Source: Calcarisporiella thermophila CBS 279.70 | Lineage: Eukaryota; Fungi; Calcarisporiellomycota | DNA: 64,000 nt | Direction of reading: 5' to 3' | Assembly (NCBI RefSeq): GCF_041956535.1 | Contig: NW_027192204.1 | Coordinates: forward strand, 71,069-135,068 | Part shown: in pieces, positions 49,900 to 63,528 of the stretch | Position numbering within the stretch: position 1 is the stretch's first letter | Layout: each line of letters begins with the position of its first letter | Program-made: the position numbers and the translations under genes | Notes under the pieces: model-generated | Databases searched by the model: none | What the model was told of the DNA's origin: nothing | The model's input: the letters and a program-made list of their open reading frames with translations, nothing else

Positions 49900-52113
49900 A
49901 TGCCGGGTCGTGAAGGCGCATCCAACTACGATTCGGTGATTATGGCGCTCTCCCCTCAACACGGCTCTGCTCCACTACTTTTAGTCCGCAACATCAGCCG
50001 GCTACGGCTTCTACAATATTCCATCCCACCCAGCAAAGCAAAATTAACGTCGCCGTCTCCCCGGCCCGTGTTCCGGTGCTGGCAATGTAAGCGACTTTAT
50101 ACCTCCATTCCACTCACATCGCCCCTGGCGCAAACATCAAAACACGATCTGGCCCCGGAGAGAAAGCCAAAGAATTACGGGCAATGGCTTTATCGAGGGA
50201 CTCGACCCACCCCCACCACCGATCCGCTCGTCCTTTCACTCCGCAGATTCCTAGGAGCTCAACGAAAACAAGACGCGTGGGACACCTACGAGATGCTCTC
50301 TGCGGCGGGAAAGGCCACCCATCTGAATCTCCATGATTTTCGGCGAGTCCTTGAATTGATCCGTTTCCGACGGCATCGTCGTGATACCCTCTCGAGGCTC
50401 GACCGCCTCCTAGCTGACTCTCGCGCCGCTAACATCCGATGGTCGCATGCCGACTACGAAACCATGTTGACCATCTATGCCCGGTTCGGAGAAGCCTTGC
50501 GAGCAAAGGCTCTAATAGCGCGGATACGGGAGGAGAGCGAGGGCCGAGTCCAACCCCAGATTGCAGCCTTCAATAGGGTCATGTCGGCTTTTGCACGGAG
50601 TGGCGACATCTCGGGTGTGAAGGATGTGCTCCGCGAAGTCGAAGCCAGCGGTCTTAGGCCCGACCTGGTCTCGTTCAACACACTCCTCGCCGCTCAAGCG
50701 AGGGAAAACGACTTCAAGGGAGCCAAGGAGACGCTCGCATGGATCGAGCGCCAGGGATTCCGCCCCGACGTCGTCACCTTCAACATCTTGATGGGCGCTC
50801 ACTTGCGAGCCAACGATCTGGAGAGGGCGCAGTGGTACCTGGACGAAATGCAAAAAGCCGGCATCAAGCCATCCACAAGAACCCTGCATCAGCTGATGGA
50901 TGCTCTTGGAATGGCCGGGCAGGTCGACGCGGTGGAGCGGCTGTCCCACTGGACGACCTGCGCGATTGGCGCCAACATCCTGCTACGAACCTATGCTCAG
51001 CATGGGTATGTCCAGCGCGCACAGCAACTTTTTGAGCACCTGCCAAGGCGCACACGGCCCGCTTACAACACCATGATAGGGATGTACCTAAGTGAGGGCA
51101 TGGTGCCCGAGGCGGTGCAGCTGTGCGAGAGAATGGTGGCCACGGGAATAGAGCCCGACGTAGTGACCTATGGACTCTTGATCAACCGGCAGGTGGATGC
51201 GGGGCGACTCGTGGAGGCGGACCGTTGCATATCGGCAATGAGAGCACGTGGGCTAGAACCGAGCGCTCCCATCTACAACATGCTGCTCAAGGGCGAGCTG
51301 AGGACGGCGCGCGCTGAACGCTCGGCCACCAATATACTCCAAAAAATGGAGCACGACGGCATTGTCCCCACCCCGGCAACCTTTCACACCCTACTCGCAA
51401 ACCTGGATGCGGAGAAGGCGCCATCCGATGGCGGCCTTCGGACCGCGTCTGGAGTGATAAAGATATTGGAGGGGATGGTGCGTGCGGGCTGGAAGCCGTC
51501 CACGTGGACCTTCAACGCCGTCCTGGATGGCATCGTGAAGGAGGAGTTGCAATGGCTGCGATGGCGGCGAAAACATCCCCAGCGGCCTCTCCAGTCGTCT
51601 CGAGAGGAGCCGAAGGGCAAAGAGCAGTTGGAGGAGAGGCGGCCGAGGAGGTTTGGGGAGGGTGGCAGCGTCGTCAAGATGGTGGATGCATTGCTGGATA
51701 AGATGCAGACCCTAGACACCCAGGATGATATGGTGGCCTACACGGTGCTTCTGCGCCGAGCCCTCTTATATTGTACCTCCGAGGAGGACGTGATACCGGG
51801 CGACCATCTCGTGTCGGAAATGCTGTCAACCGGGATCCGGCCCAATGTCCACACCCTCACCACCCTCCTGGCCCCTTGCGCAGAGTTGAAGCTCGCGAAG
51901 AGGGCCGATGCGATATGGCACGGAATGCTGGAGGCAGGCGTGCAGCCCAATGTCGTGGCCTATACCGCGATGGCCGTCGTGTGGCTCCGCTGCGGTGAAG
52001 TTGCCCACGCGAAAAACATCATGGACCGGATGGCGGCCCAGGGGATTCCGCCCGATTTTATCGCGTCCACCGTTCTGGATGAGATAAAGAAGCGGGGCGG
52101 GGAAGAGACGTAG
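49900..52113 (+). CDS. Pentatricopeptide repeat (PPR) protein, probably mitochondrial
   Basis: Repeated 35-aa units (PDLVSFNTLL, PDVVTFNILM, PDVVTYGLLI, PNVVAYTAM); Arg/Ser-rich presequence-like N-terminus (Met 49942 is an alternative start). Confidence 0.92.
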   Translation: MPGREGASNYDSVIMALSPQHGSAPLLLVRNISRLRLLQYSIPPSKAKLTSPSPRPVFRCWQCKRLYTSIPLTSPLAQTSKHDLAPERKPKNYGQWLYRGTRPTPTTDPLVLSLRRFLGAQRKQDAWDTYEMLSAAGKATHLNLHDFRRVLELIRFRRHRRDTLSRLDRLLADSRAANIRWSHADYETMLTIYARFGEALRAKALIARIREESEGRVQPQIAAFNRVMSAFARSGDISGVKDVLREVEASGLRPDLVSFNTLLAAQARENDFKGAKETLAWIERQGFRPDVVTFNILMGAHLRANDLERAQWYLDEMQKAGIKPSTRTLHQLMDALGMAGQVDAVERLSHWTTCAIGANILLRTYAQHGYVQRAQQLFEHLPRRTRPAYNTMIGMYLSEGMVPEAVQLCERMVATGIEPDVVTYGLLINRQVDAGRLVEADRCISAMRARGLEPSAPIYNMLLKGELRTARAERSATNILQKMEHDGIVPTPATFHTLLANLDAEKAPSDGGLRTASGVIKILEGMVRAGWKPSTWTFNAVLDGIVKEELQWLRWRRKHPQRPLQSSREEPKGKEQLEERRPRRFGEGGSVVKMVDALLDKMQTLDTQDDMVAYTVLLRRALLYCTSEEDVIPGDHLVSEMLSTGIRPNVHTLTTLLAPCAELKLAKRADAIWHGMLEAGVQPNVVAYTAMAVVWLRCGEVAHAKNIMDRMAAQGIPPDFIASTVLDEIKKRGGEET

Positions 52114-52742
52114 AGGTGGTCTGCTTAATTTTTTTCGAGGGCTCACTTTCATGGACTTTCTATTTCCTTTCTTCTCGGGACTTCGATTATCTTTCATTTT
52201 CTCCTCCTTTTTCTTATTTACTTTTTAAATATGATGAGTGCTTGTCTTTAAAAGAAAATGTAATTATATTCCTTTTCGATATAGAGCTTTCTCTTTCTGC
52301 TATTTCTAATAATGATTATATATATATATATTTGATTATGATATTTATCTTAAATGCCCTGACCAATACTTCGAAGAGGTGGAAGACACAGATGAACTAG
52401 TAGCCATATCCACGGCGAACATCAGGAAAGAAATACATGTGAGGGAGAAATGGATGCTTGCCAACGAATACATGTAATAAGTGAGGGGAGGAAGAAGACA
52501 TGAAATAAAAAGGCAATAATAAAAAAAAAAGCTAGAAATACAAGATGAAAAGGGGGGGAATATCGGATGATAGGGTTGATGTCTTTACACTAATAAAAAA
52601 AATGAGCATTTTATAATATATATATATAAACACACTTAGGCTATAATACATGCAAATGTATCAAAATATATGGAAAAATGGCGGCAGGGGAGAGGGGTGG
52701 AGACGTTGGTTCTAGCTTTCAAGGCAATCCGATGGAAAAAAA

Positions 52743-53660
52743 TCACCACGCAGGAGCAGACACGGGGTACTCCCATCCTATCTGCTTCGCGCCCTCGTAC
52801 AGCATTGAGGCGGGGTAAGCGGCAAACGGTTGCCCGCCGGTGCTCATGGTGCCCATGGCGGTGGCGGCCGCGGATGGATTCATTCTAAAGAATTGATTAC
52901 TCATGGCGGTGGGGGCAAAGGTGTGTGCGCCTGTGGCTAGATCAAAAGCGGAAGCACGCGGGGGGGTCAGGGGCGACCAGAGCATGAAGGGAGAGGGCGA
53001 GCGGGCCGGGTTGTTGGGGATGCAGATGGGAGCAGTGCCGTTATTAGAGGGAGCAGTGCTGTTGAAGGATGCAGTAGAAGATCGGCGACTGTCGCTGTAG
53101 TCGGGCGGTTGGGAATGGGGGGGCTGGGCATGGTGATTCAAGGATGTCTGGAGGTGCGGCGGGGGCGCATGGTGCTGATGGTGGCGCTGATGGTGCCTGG
53201 TCAGCGTGGTTCTCCTTGTGAACTGCTTTCCACAGCCGGGCACAAGGCACCCGTACGGCTTGTTTCCCGTGTGGGTTCGGCGATGTCGGGCGAGCGAGCT
53301 CGAGTCCGAGAACATGCGTCCGCACCCGCGCCATTCGCACCGGTGCGGCTGCTCGCCGGTGTGTGTGCGCACGTGCACGGTCAGGGCCGACCGCTGGATG
53401 AATCGCTTGCCGCAGCCGGGCCACTCGCAGACGTAGGGGCGCTCGCCGGTGTGGATGCGCTGATGACGCACGAGATCCGAGCGCCGGGAAAAGGCCTTTG
53501 GGCAGTCGGGGAAGGCGCAGAGGTAGGGGCGGGTGGCGAACTGCTGGCACTGCGAGGCCGCCATGGCGGCTAGCGTCGCGAGCGAGTGCGGCTCATGGGC
53601 GCCCGCGTGGGCGTGATGGTGTGGGTGGCTGGAGTTGTTTAGAATGCTTTGGATATCCAT
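52743..53660 (-). CDS. Four-finger C2H2 transcription factor (copy A, no intron in CDS)
   Basis: MDIQSILN; fingers FSRRSDLVRH, FIQRSALTVH, FSDSSSLARH and FTRRTTLTRH with TGE-type linkers. Confidence 0.92.
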   Translation of the reverse strand: MDIQSILNNSSHPHHHAHAGAHEPHSLATLAAMAASQCQQFATRPYLCAFPDCPKAFSRRSDLVRHQRIHTGERPYVCEWPGCGKRFIQRSALTVHVRTHTGEQPHRCEWRGCGRMFSDSSSLARHRRTHTGNKPYGCLVPGCGKQFTRRTTLTRHHQRHHQHHAPPPHLQTSLNHHAQPPHSQPPDYSDSRRSSTASFNSTAPSNNGTAPICIPNNPARSPSPFMLWSPLTPPRASAFDLATGAHTFAPTAMSNQFFRMNPSAAATAMGTMSTGGQPFAAYPASMLYEGAKQIGWEYPVSAPAW

Positions 53661-54709
53661 CAAACAAACAAATGGGGCTCTTCTTGCTTATAGTTTGCGT
53701 TAGCGTTTTCTTTTCTCTTTCTCGGTGATTCCCACCCTTTGTAGAACTCAACGGGCTGACTAACTCGGGCGTCGACGAGTAAACCGAGCTATTGCTAAGA
53801 TCAGGCGTGGATGCGATCGAGGAAAGGAAAGGGCTACAAAAGAGCGAACAAAGACGAGAATGGGAAGGGAAAAGAAAGAGTCGAAGAAGAGAAAAAAGGG
53901 CGGAAGGGCGGAAGGCAATGTTTGAAAAGTGTATATATATATGGGCCCTTAACAGCTTTGGCCGCACGATCAAGTCTTGCTGTTAAGAGGCCAATGCAGG
54001 ATAGACTAATTAGGAGTTGGTTGCTTTGCTCACAGCTGAGATGCGAGCATTTTCACGGGCGAAAATAAACTAATTAGGCGGCGTTGAGTAAAGTTTCAGG
54101 GAAAAGTTACACTGAGGCCGGTGATTCGGCGGGTGTCAATCCCGCGGTTATCTAGGAACGCTTAATTTCCATTCGGCCCAACGTCAAGGCCTGCCGTAGC
54201 TGGCAGTCTCTCGACATTATCCTCCTCGAGCCCGCACTGGCCATGTGGCAAATTTGCTTCCCTCCGGTGCCTTTGCTCACGAAGCTTGCCGACCACAGGG
54301 CGGGCCCACTAGGCTGTCAGGCTTGCTGCGGATGAACGTGTCTCCGCCTGATATCCTGCCTCCATTTGCTAATCGGTTTCAGACGCTTGCAAGCTTTGCT
54401 TATTCCAGCTCTTAAGAGATGCTCCCCGTTTTTCCTAAACTCGGCCAACTTAGGCGTTTTGAGCACCGAGCCGACACTTGGCCCATTCAGTAAGGGGAAA
54501 AAATGTGCGCTCGTCCGCTCGTGATAGTGGTCAAGCATCGTTTGCCTTGTGTGTTTTCTATTCTTTTTGCAGGGTTTCTTTGGGGAGGTTTTAGCGCCGT
54601 ATGATGTGATTCTTTGGCCATCTTTTATTTTTCTTCTTCCAAATGCCAAGTTTTATAAACACGTGTAAACCCGTTCTATTGACCAAAGGGGAAACTGATT
54701 TCTTCCATC

Positions 54710-56449
54710 TTAGAGCAGTTCATAAAAGTAGTCCAAGCCCTGACCCACTTCCCATAGCGCGACCCCGACTGTCGTTTCCATAATAATACAATTAGCATGC
54801 CAGTCCTCCGACAGAACCGCCCAAGCGACTTGATTCGCTAGACTTACCATCGTACTCCTCGGCTAATTCAAGCCTCGATTCTAGAGACTATAAGAGACAT
54901 TTATGCCGTGTTGGCGTTTTAATCTCACACACATTGATCATATAACAATGGCTAACGAACCCCCCCCCCTCTCTCGCTCCCCCTCTCCTCCTCTTCTATC
55001 GACTTACCTTCAGGCTGGGATACCACACTTGATGCCTGGCCCCTCCCTCCGTATACTCGAACGAGTGTTCCTCGTGGTCCGCACTCCACTTGACCTTGGG
55101 GCGATGGCGCGTGAGCAATTCCAGGACCGTCTTGCCTATTACGGGGGTTGGCTGCGAGCCACCATAATCCATCCCATAGAGGTTGATGCCGAGGAGGAGC
55201 TTGTGCGGGTTGACGCTCAGGTCATCGAGGTTCTCCTCCACCCAATCAATGGGCGAGTTGGGACCGGGCCTAGAGGTTTGAAAGTTTCGAGATCAGGTGG
55301 CCGAGTCGCGAGAAAAAGAGAGCAGCAAAGGCACAGGAGTATTTACACGGAGCCCGAGTAATCGTAGGTCATTAAGGAGAAGAGATCCACAAACTGACCA
55401 TAGTCCGCCACCAGCTCCCGCAGGCCGCCTCCTCCTTCCCTCTTCGGCGGGATCACCAGTACCAGCTCTCTCCCTTGCTCGTGCAGCCTATCAGCGAGGG
55501 CTTTGATGGTGTGGCGGAGAAGGGTGGGCACGAGCGCCTCGAGCACCAAGCCGTCGAATCCATGTACCCTATTGAGTCGGTGCGTGCGGTGAATAACGAA
55601 GGCCAGGCATGGCTTATTCCTATTCCATAGTGTCGACTTACTCGCACTCCTTTGCAATGATGCTGACTATGGCCTCCGTCTCTCCCTCATCCTGGATGAG
55701 AGCGGTTAAGTCCTCCTGCGTCCAAGAATCGAACAGGAAACGCGGCACTATTCTTCCCATGATGCGGGAATTGTCTGTTCCGCGAACTTGCTCCATCCAC
55801 TAATAGAATTCAAAAGGCACTCGTTCAGTCGTCACACAACCAACAACCCTTGCGCAATCGCTTTTGATTATACCCCTTTATCCACATCATGCCCGCCTTT
55901 CAGCACATATTCCCGACGCCCCCTGTGCAAATCCGCCCTTAAATTAGGACTGTTGTATCATTCGCATTCAAACGATCCACTTACCGCCTTTGTACATTAT
56001 ACCACACAGGGCTTACACTATTTAGCAATAACAAAGACATGATTCACTTCAATCATACTATTCTCGTTTACGACAATAAATTAAACTGTTCTACAACTTA
56101 ACTAGTCAAATTTTCCCTTGAACATCTTCACTACATCATATCCATGGCTATTCCATGGAGTGACGTATGCAAGCGTGGGACCTCCCCTAAAGTTCTTGAT
56201 GTGTTTGTGAAGGGTGTCATATTGGTTATGGTGTTGGAGGATATCATTGAACTTTCACACGAGTGAATCGTAATAGAGGTTGAATGGGGAATATTTAGAC
56301 TTAAAAACCTTTCATTAGTCTCTGAACATCAGAGTCCCACTTACCGAAACCTTGGTCACTACCAAATTCTTTTCAAATACTGTTTGGCCAGCGGAGACTA
56401 TGGAGATTAGATTTAAGAGGCAATATATGGGAAGCCAGTGATGTACCAT
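54710..56449 (-). CDS. CHID1: Chitinase domain-containing protein 1 (GH18-like, probably non-catalytic)
   Basis: LAYVTPWNSHGYD, VSPVW, HDVDKG|WM, FDGLVLE, SLMTYDYS, LLGINLYG and C-terminal WEVGQGLDYFYELL. Confidence 0.9.
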
Positions 56450-56623
56450 GACTTTTTTTTTACTCTACATGGATATTTCTCTCTAATCCCTTTTCAATAT
56501 GCTACTCGGTTCGGAGTTTACTTAAGGAGCTCTGGTGGCTTCTGCAATTTCATTTCAGCAATTCTTTATTACTCTCTCCTCCCTGATTGCGAGCCCCAAG
56601 TTCATTAAATAAGCATAGCGCTA

Positions 56624-58188
56624 ATGTTAAAATCTTGTATTTCTTTCTTTTATATATCCTTGCTCTTCCTTCTCCCCTTCCTCGCTCTCTCCACTGCTAA
56701 CAACGATGATGTCGTAGAAGGATTTTTCAGCCAGAGCGGACACACCAATAATTGGGCAGTCCTGGTGAGCCATCTTTCTAAATTCTTTAGGAGAAGTGAT
56801 CGGTCGATCGATAGCTAATTATATTTAATACAGGTCTGCACCTCTCGATTCTGGTTTAATTACCGCCACATCGCAAACACTCTTTCCATGTATCGAACTG
56901 TGAAGCGTCTGGGGATCCCCGATTCCAACATCATACTGATGCTTGCCGACGATGTCGCGTGTGATGCACGCAATGTCTTCCCAGCAACGGTGTTCAATAA
57001 TGCTGGAAGATATCTTGACCTGTATGGTGAAAATGTCGAGGTGGATTATCGGGGCTACGAGGTCACGGTTGAAAACTTCATTCGAATGCTGACAGGTGAA
57101 TGTTCCTTTCATTTGCTCCTTTTCACCCTCTATGTAATAGAGTTGGAATCGATAAAAATTAATCTCTTGCTTTTGAATAGGTCGTGTGAGTGAAGATGTT
57201 CCTCGCTCAAAGCGCCTGCTTACCGATGACCGCTCTAACATCCTGGTTTACATGACTGGACACGGAGGGAAAGAGTTTCTCAAGTTCCAAGATGCAGAGG
57301 AAATTAGCAGCCATGATCTTGCCGATGCTTTCGCTCAGATGTGGGAGAAGCGACGATACCACGAGATACTATTTATGATTGACACATGTCAGGCGAACAC
57401 CATGTTCACTCGATTCTACTCGCCTAATATTTTGGCTACAGGAAGCAGTGAAGAGGGAGAAAACTCATATTCGGTAAGTGGTGTTTCCTGCCAGAACAAC
57501 ACCCGTGCATGAGCTCCAAAAGGCTAACTCTTTTCTCCCTTAAGCATCATATGGATCAAGATATTGGTGTGGCTGTGATTGACAGATTCACCTACTACAA
57601 TCTGGAGTTTTTGGAACGCATAGATATGACCAGCAAGGCAACCCTCCAAGACTTGGTATTCATGCCTCTCGTCTTCTTTTTTTGCCTTATTCCTTACCGA
57701 ACCTCTAAATGCTTTTTTTTTCATCTCAGTTTTCCACTTACAACCCTGAGCTCATTAATTCCACACCACGTGTGCGGAATGATACCTTCAAGCGACCGCT
57801 TAACGAGGTGCTGGTAACCGACTTTTTTGGCAACGTGCAAAACATCGAACTCACAACCAAAGTCCTCAATCGAACGTTACCGCCCCCCACTCCTGAGGAG
57901 TCGGAAGCTGTGCCTAGAAAGCAGTCTCTGCCTCCAAAGGAATCTTCATTTGCGACCAGACTAGTAGAGGAGCAGCAGCACATCAGACCGAAAGGTCACC
58001 ATTTCGAAGTGAAATCAGAGATGCCATCCACCATCTCATGGCCATTTTATGTCGGTGTTGTGGCGTTGATCCTGGCTGTGGGCGTGACCTCATCGCGCCC
58101 TTCGCTATCTAAAGTTACCAAAAAGCAAGCAGAAAACGGAGCCGCCAAACATAGAATAGGTGCGAGGAGAAAAAATAAACTAGCATAA
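56624..58188 (+). CDS. GPI8: GPI-anchor transamidase catalytic subunit (PIG-K)
   Basis: HTNNWAVL|[12 protein letters not shown], catalytic YMTGHGG and IDTCQA, C-terminal TM. Confidence 0.97.
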
Positions 58189-58659
58189 ACATCCATGGAG
58201 ATTTTTTGATTTGCTATTATTATGATTACGATTCACTCTTATCCTCTTATTCTTTTTTTTTTTGTATATACAAAATAAATTCTCCATATGGTAGCGTCTG
58301 TGAGATCTCTAATGGATTACATTAGGCATTTTTTATTTAAAAGGAAATACGCATAACAATAACAATAATCAGCATTAATAAGGAAATAATAAACAAATTG
58401 TAGTAGCAAAAAAGGAAAAAGAAGTATAGATAAAAAAAAGAGGTAGGAAAAGGGAAGGGAGCGGAAAGGAATCGCCAGAAGAGGAGCAAAAGAAAAAGAA
58501 AAAGAGAGAGGTGGAGGAGTAAAGGGGGAGAGGATGAGAGGCAAAAGAGACAACAAATTACAATCTATCTTCTAGACATTAGTTCTATTCACTAGTGAAA
58601 ATAGCGGGTGGGAATATATAAGTGCTATACATTCATACATTTAGAAATCGAGCAAGCGC

Positions 58660-59576
<917 letters not shown>

Positions 59577-60861
59577 TTAATGACAGGTTGCTACGGAGGG
59601 GAGCAAGAGAGAGGAGAAGAAAGGATGAAGAAGTGAAGGAAAGGATGTAGAAGAGAGAGAGGTAGAGGAAAGGGAGGAGATTAAATTAAAGAGATTTTTG
59701 CTAAGCCACCAAGAAACACAGACGATCCGAAGGGATGAAGAGAAACCAAGATAATGATTGCCTATTTTGGAAGATTAGGTCAATCGGGCCATGACAGAGG
59801 AGTCGCCAATGATTTCCCCTTTTCTATCCCATTTCTATATAAGTGAGGATTGTCTAATCGCAAAGAGTTTAAGAAGCATCTATTGCATCAGATTGCGTGC
59901 GCATAAAGGGAGGGAGGATATGTTTAAGATCCGGGCGATTTTCCGCTCTCGCCAAGTCTGTGGACGAGAGTCTCTTATCCTATTTGGCCTAATTGATCGC
60001 GCTACACTCTCTTCAACTCTTCCCTCTCCACTTGGTTCTCCCCTTTGCAAGAAGGCCCTTTCTTCAGTCACAAACCAGAATGACTGCGGAACCGGGCTGG
60101 GCAATAGAGTTCTAAGCCATGCAAGTTGAGTTCTCGAAACTTGCGGCCATCGGCAATGGATGATGGCTGGCGGTTTTACCAGCTAGGGAGGCGAGATGGA
60201 AAAACGAAAAAACTGTGCGAAAGTTTTTTTTTTTACTTTCGATAATAATAGAACAAAAGAATAACTTGGACTCTCCGGCTATGGCCACCATATTCCTGGC
60301 CCTATTCCTTCTTTTCTAAATCTAGCCTGATAAGTTCTTTCTTAAAATTCACCTCAACATCTTCGGATCTCGGAGTTTGAGAGCAGGATACCAGGGGGAC
60401 AAAATGGAGCGACCGAGGTAATCAGCCAAACTTTTGCCATTGCCACTAATTTTTGTTACAAGTTTTCTATTCAGACATGGGAGGGGAAGGGGAAAGGGAG
60501 TAGGAGGGTGGTGCGAAGGCAATATGTATCTTATCCAAGTACTCTAGTGGGAACACCTGGTCTGCTAAGAGCTAGGATGCCCCAGAATACTAGAAAAAAA
60601 AATCTTTCGGCTATGGTGGCAGATTTCAAAATTGAACTCTGCTTTATCGTAAGTTAGAGTAATAGAACTATGTTCATCAATCCAAACGAGAACAAAAGAA
60701 CTTTAGCAAGGAGCGAGTAGCTTCTATAGAAACTAGGGAGCATGTATTAAAAGGAGATACACAATCTACTCGCTTAAACTGTATTCTCACTTGTTCTCTA
60801 CTGAGCACCTCTAATCACCACTGAGCTCCAGAGCGAAAAGCTTTCCTACAGACAGATCACA

Positions 60862-61152
60862 ATGGATCCCAATCAATACTACAATCAATACTACAATCAA
60901 TACTACAATCAATACTACAATCAATATTCTCAACAGCGGCAGTATCCTCAACAAACACAATACCCACAAGCCCAATCTTATTATCAATATACCGCGCAGG
61001 CTCAAAGCCAGCCTTACTCTACTACCACGAACCCAGCCTACTCTACCCCGGCACCCACCACTCCTACCGCTCCGCAAGCCCAACAGCAACCTGCTGCGCG
61101 TGGGCAAAGAATGGCACACGAGTCGGATAGAAGAAAAATGAGATTTTGGTAG
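60862..61152 (+). CDS. Putative 96-aa Q/N/Y-rich low-complexity protein
   Basis: ATG in CACAATGG context, in-frame 12-bp repeat, TATA-like TATTAAAA ~115 bp upstream, pyrimidine-rich 3' flank like other 3' UTRs in this window. Confidence 0.55.
   Translation: MDPNQYYNQYYNQYYNQYYNQYSQQRQYPQQTQYPQAQSYYQYTAQAQSQPYSTTTNPAYSTPAPTTPTAPQAQQQPAARGQRMAHESDRRKMRFW
60871..60926 (+). repeat. 12-bp tandem repeat (AATCAATACTAC)x4 plus partial copy
   Basis: Perfect copies encoding (NQYY)4. Confidence 0.95.
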
Positions 61153-61505
61153 TAAATTAGCAGGAAGGCGCTTCTCTGATATTTTTGTTCATAACCCTCC
61201 TTCTTATTTTAAATTCCCCCGCAATTTGCATCCGTTCATATTATCTTTTGTTGCACCCTCCCTCTACCCTCGCATATAAACATCTCACGTTTCAGTTACT
61301 TTGAATCTATTTCTTTGGTTTTTAATTTCTTTTTTGATACCATGGGTTTTTCATTTCATTAATGGCCTGTTGCAGTTCGTTTATTTGGGCACCTTGGTTT
61401 AATTTATATAAACGAAACAATCTTTTCCGTGGATTTCAAACTGGGTAATTTCAAGCTACCTCATCCCAGTGAATCACCTAGGAAAATCATATGTCTATAT
61501 CTCCC

Positions 61506-61943
61506 CTAAAGGCTAAGCCACGCTGCTTTAATGGCTGCCCCTACAATCACGAGCAAAGTACTGGCATACCCGATTTGCCTACCAAATCCTAACCCATTCT
61601 CCTTCGACAACAACCCGAAATCCGCATGCAATATTCTGGAAGCCACCAGCGTCGCGCACATTCCGTGCAAGAACGCAGGTGAGGCTTGATTCAATTCGCA
61701 GATCGCAAGCATCAAGAGCGCGAGTGGGACGTTCTCGCCGAAATGAGCATGCGCACGGATGCACCTCTCCAATTCTGAGTACTTGCCTTTCTGCTGGGGG
61801 GAGGAAGCGCTCACAGAAGGAGGGGTCGAGTATAAGCTGGTCCTTGTCTTGATACGGGCGCGCACCGTGCGCAAGCCGAGATACGTATAATACACGGCGA
61901 AAAAGGGGGACCAATAGGCGACGATTTTGATAGAGGCAGTCAT
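61506..61943 (-). CDS. MAPEG family membrane protein
   Basis: RCIRAHAHFGENVPLAL...SRILHA motif and four hydrophobic segments; alternative ATG at 61997. Confidence 0.85.
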   Translation of the reverse strand: MTASIKIVAYWSPFFAVYYTYLGLRTVRARIKTRTSLYSTPPSVSASSPQQKGKYSELERCIRAHAHFGENVPLALLMLAICELNQASPAFLHGMCATLVASRILHADFGLLSKENGLGFGRQIGYASTLLVIVGAAIKAAWLSL

Positions 61944-62260
61944 GACTTGGATTTGATGATCAGTATTCCTCTTTCGCACGCTTTGTACTGCCGCCATTTA
62001 TATAAAGGTTGGGTGGATTTTATTACTCATCGGGAGGCTTTGCTGTGTAAAACTTTGACCAAAAATGCGCTCACAATTTAAGTCATGGATCCATTGAAGC
62101 GAAATTTATTGATAATAATCGAAGAGTAAAAGGCCTTTCGGAATCATATATACACTAATACTCCTTCTCTGAATAACAAGACATGAAAAACTGCTTTTTT
62201 CGTTTTCAAATAACTTGGTATATGGGACAAAAAAAAACTCATTCGTTAAAAATGTCTTAT

Positions 62261-63528
62261 CTACGGGGTCAACATCCCGTCTGGTATTTTGTTTTCATCG
62301 TTTGCGTCCAGAAATTCTGGCAAAAGAACCCTTCGTTGTGGCGGCATAACATCCAAGTGCATAATGCGGCCCTCGCTTGGCGGGGTAGGCAAGCAATGCT
62401 TTTGAGCGTATAGCTCGGAGTGTGTGGAGGAAATCGGTGAGAGCGTTAAAGTATTGCCCGCATCTGCCCACGCTTTAACGCGGATGCTTGCTTTATATCT
62501 GGCCTCACACGCGTATTTGTCGTGTACGACACGCGACACACTCTGCAAGCAAAGCTCGTCCATTAGCTGTGCACATTGAAGGCAGGGATCTGCTGCTCTT
62601 CTTGTCTACAAATGAAATATACCAACGTATCAAAGAGAGTCATCCTCCCGAGCTCAAGGAAAACGGGGTTTACCGGCTGGGATAGGTTCAGTATCCTCTT
62701 TGCAAAATATAAAGCCGCTTCGGCAATAATGGCCGGCCCATACTCGATGAATCTCTCATGAAAAAGTGTCAGCTCCATCAGGAACCTCGCTATCCACTCC
62801 GCCCCATCACGAGCGCACTCTTTTCTTTTAATAATAATTCGGAGAAACTCCTCCGCGGTGGGATGTCCGATTCGCCATCCCAGAGTTTTTAGTAAATGTC
62901 TCTCCATCTGTGCAAAATTGTTTGCATCATACTGTCTTGAGCACAAATCGGATAGTTTCTGCGGCGGAATGTGGGCAGAATCTGTATACTTTGCTGCCAC
63001 CCACAATGCAGTTAAGCCTAGCAGCTGGTAATATTGTAATTTAACAGTAACTTGTGACATATATCTGTCAACAAGGTTGAGCGCAAGATACAGGGTCTCT
63101 GGAGCCAAAGAGAGATGATTGTGCACTTGAATGAGATAATCGACCAAGAATGGACGCCTTTCCCACCGAACCTCTAACATTGAAATCAGAAAATACATTC
63201 ACATTTACCCCCATATTCACGAAGATAATAAGCAGTAATAGTATACCCGGCTGCATCTCCAACTTCAGGATGCTGGGAAGTGTCGATTTCTATACACAAA
63301 AAACGATTAATTTTCCATCTCTTTCGATGCATTTACAATTAAACAAAATTGAACGGAATTTTTGTTCCCCTAATTTACCTCCTGGTGCTTCATTGCCTCC
63401 CACATCTCAATTAATTCTTCATCATTTTCTTGAGAGGGAACTAAGGTAAGGGTTCGTAGAACACGTTTGAGATTTTTGATTTTGAAAGGAAGGGTCTTGG
63501 AGCGCTTAAAACCTGGACGCGTGCTCAT
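62261..63528 (-). CDS. Cyclin, G1 (Puc1/Cln-like) type
   Basis: Spliced MKHQE|KSTLPSILKLEMQP|EVRWERRPFLVDYL...ETLYLALNLVDRY...QLLGLTALWVAAKY...IGHPT; PEST-like LPTPP tail. Confidence 0.85.

Noticed and set aside
22558-53573. Many long antisense or alternate-frame ORFs (e.g. 22664-23515, 27495-28496, 31786-33468, 35436-35948)
   Set aside because: Shadows of GC3-rich genes, where stop codons are scarce; no recognisable motifs.
38736-58188. BST1 and GPI8 as a GPI-pathway cluster
   Set aside because: They are 14 kb apart with many unrelated genes between; probably coincidence.
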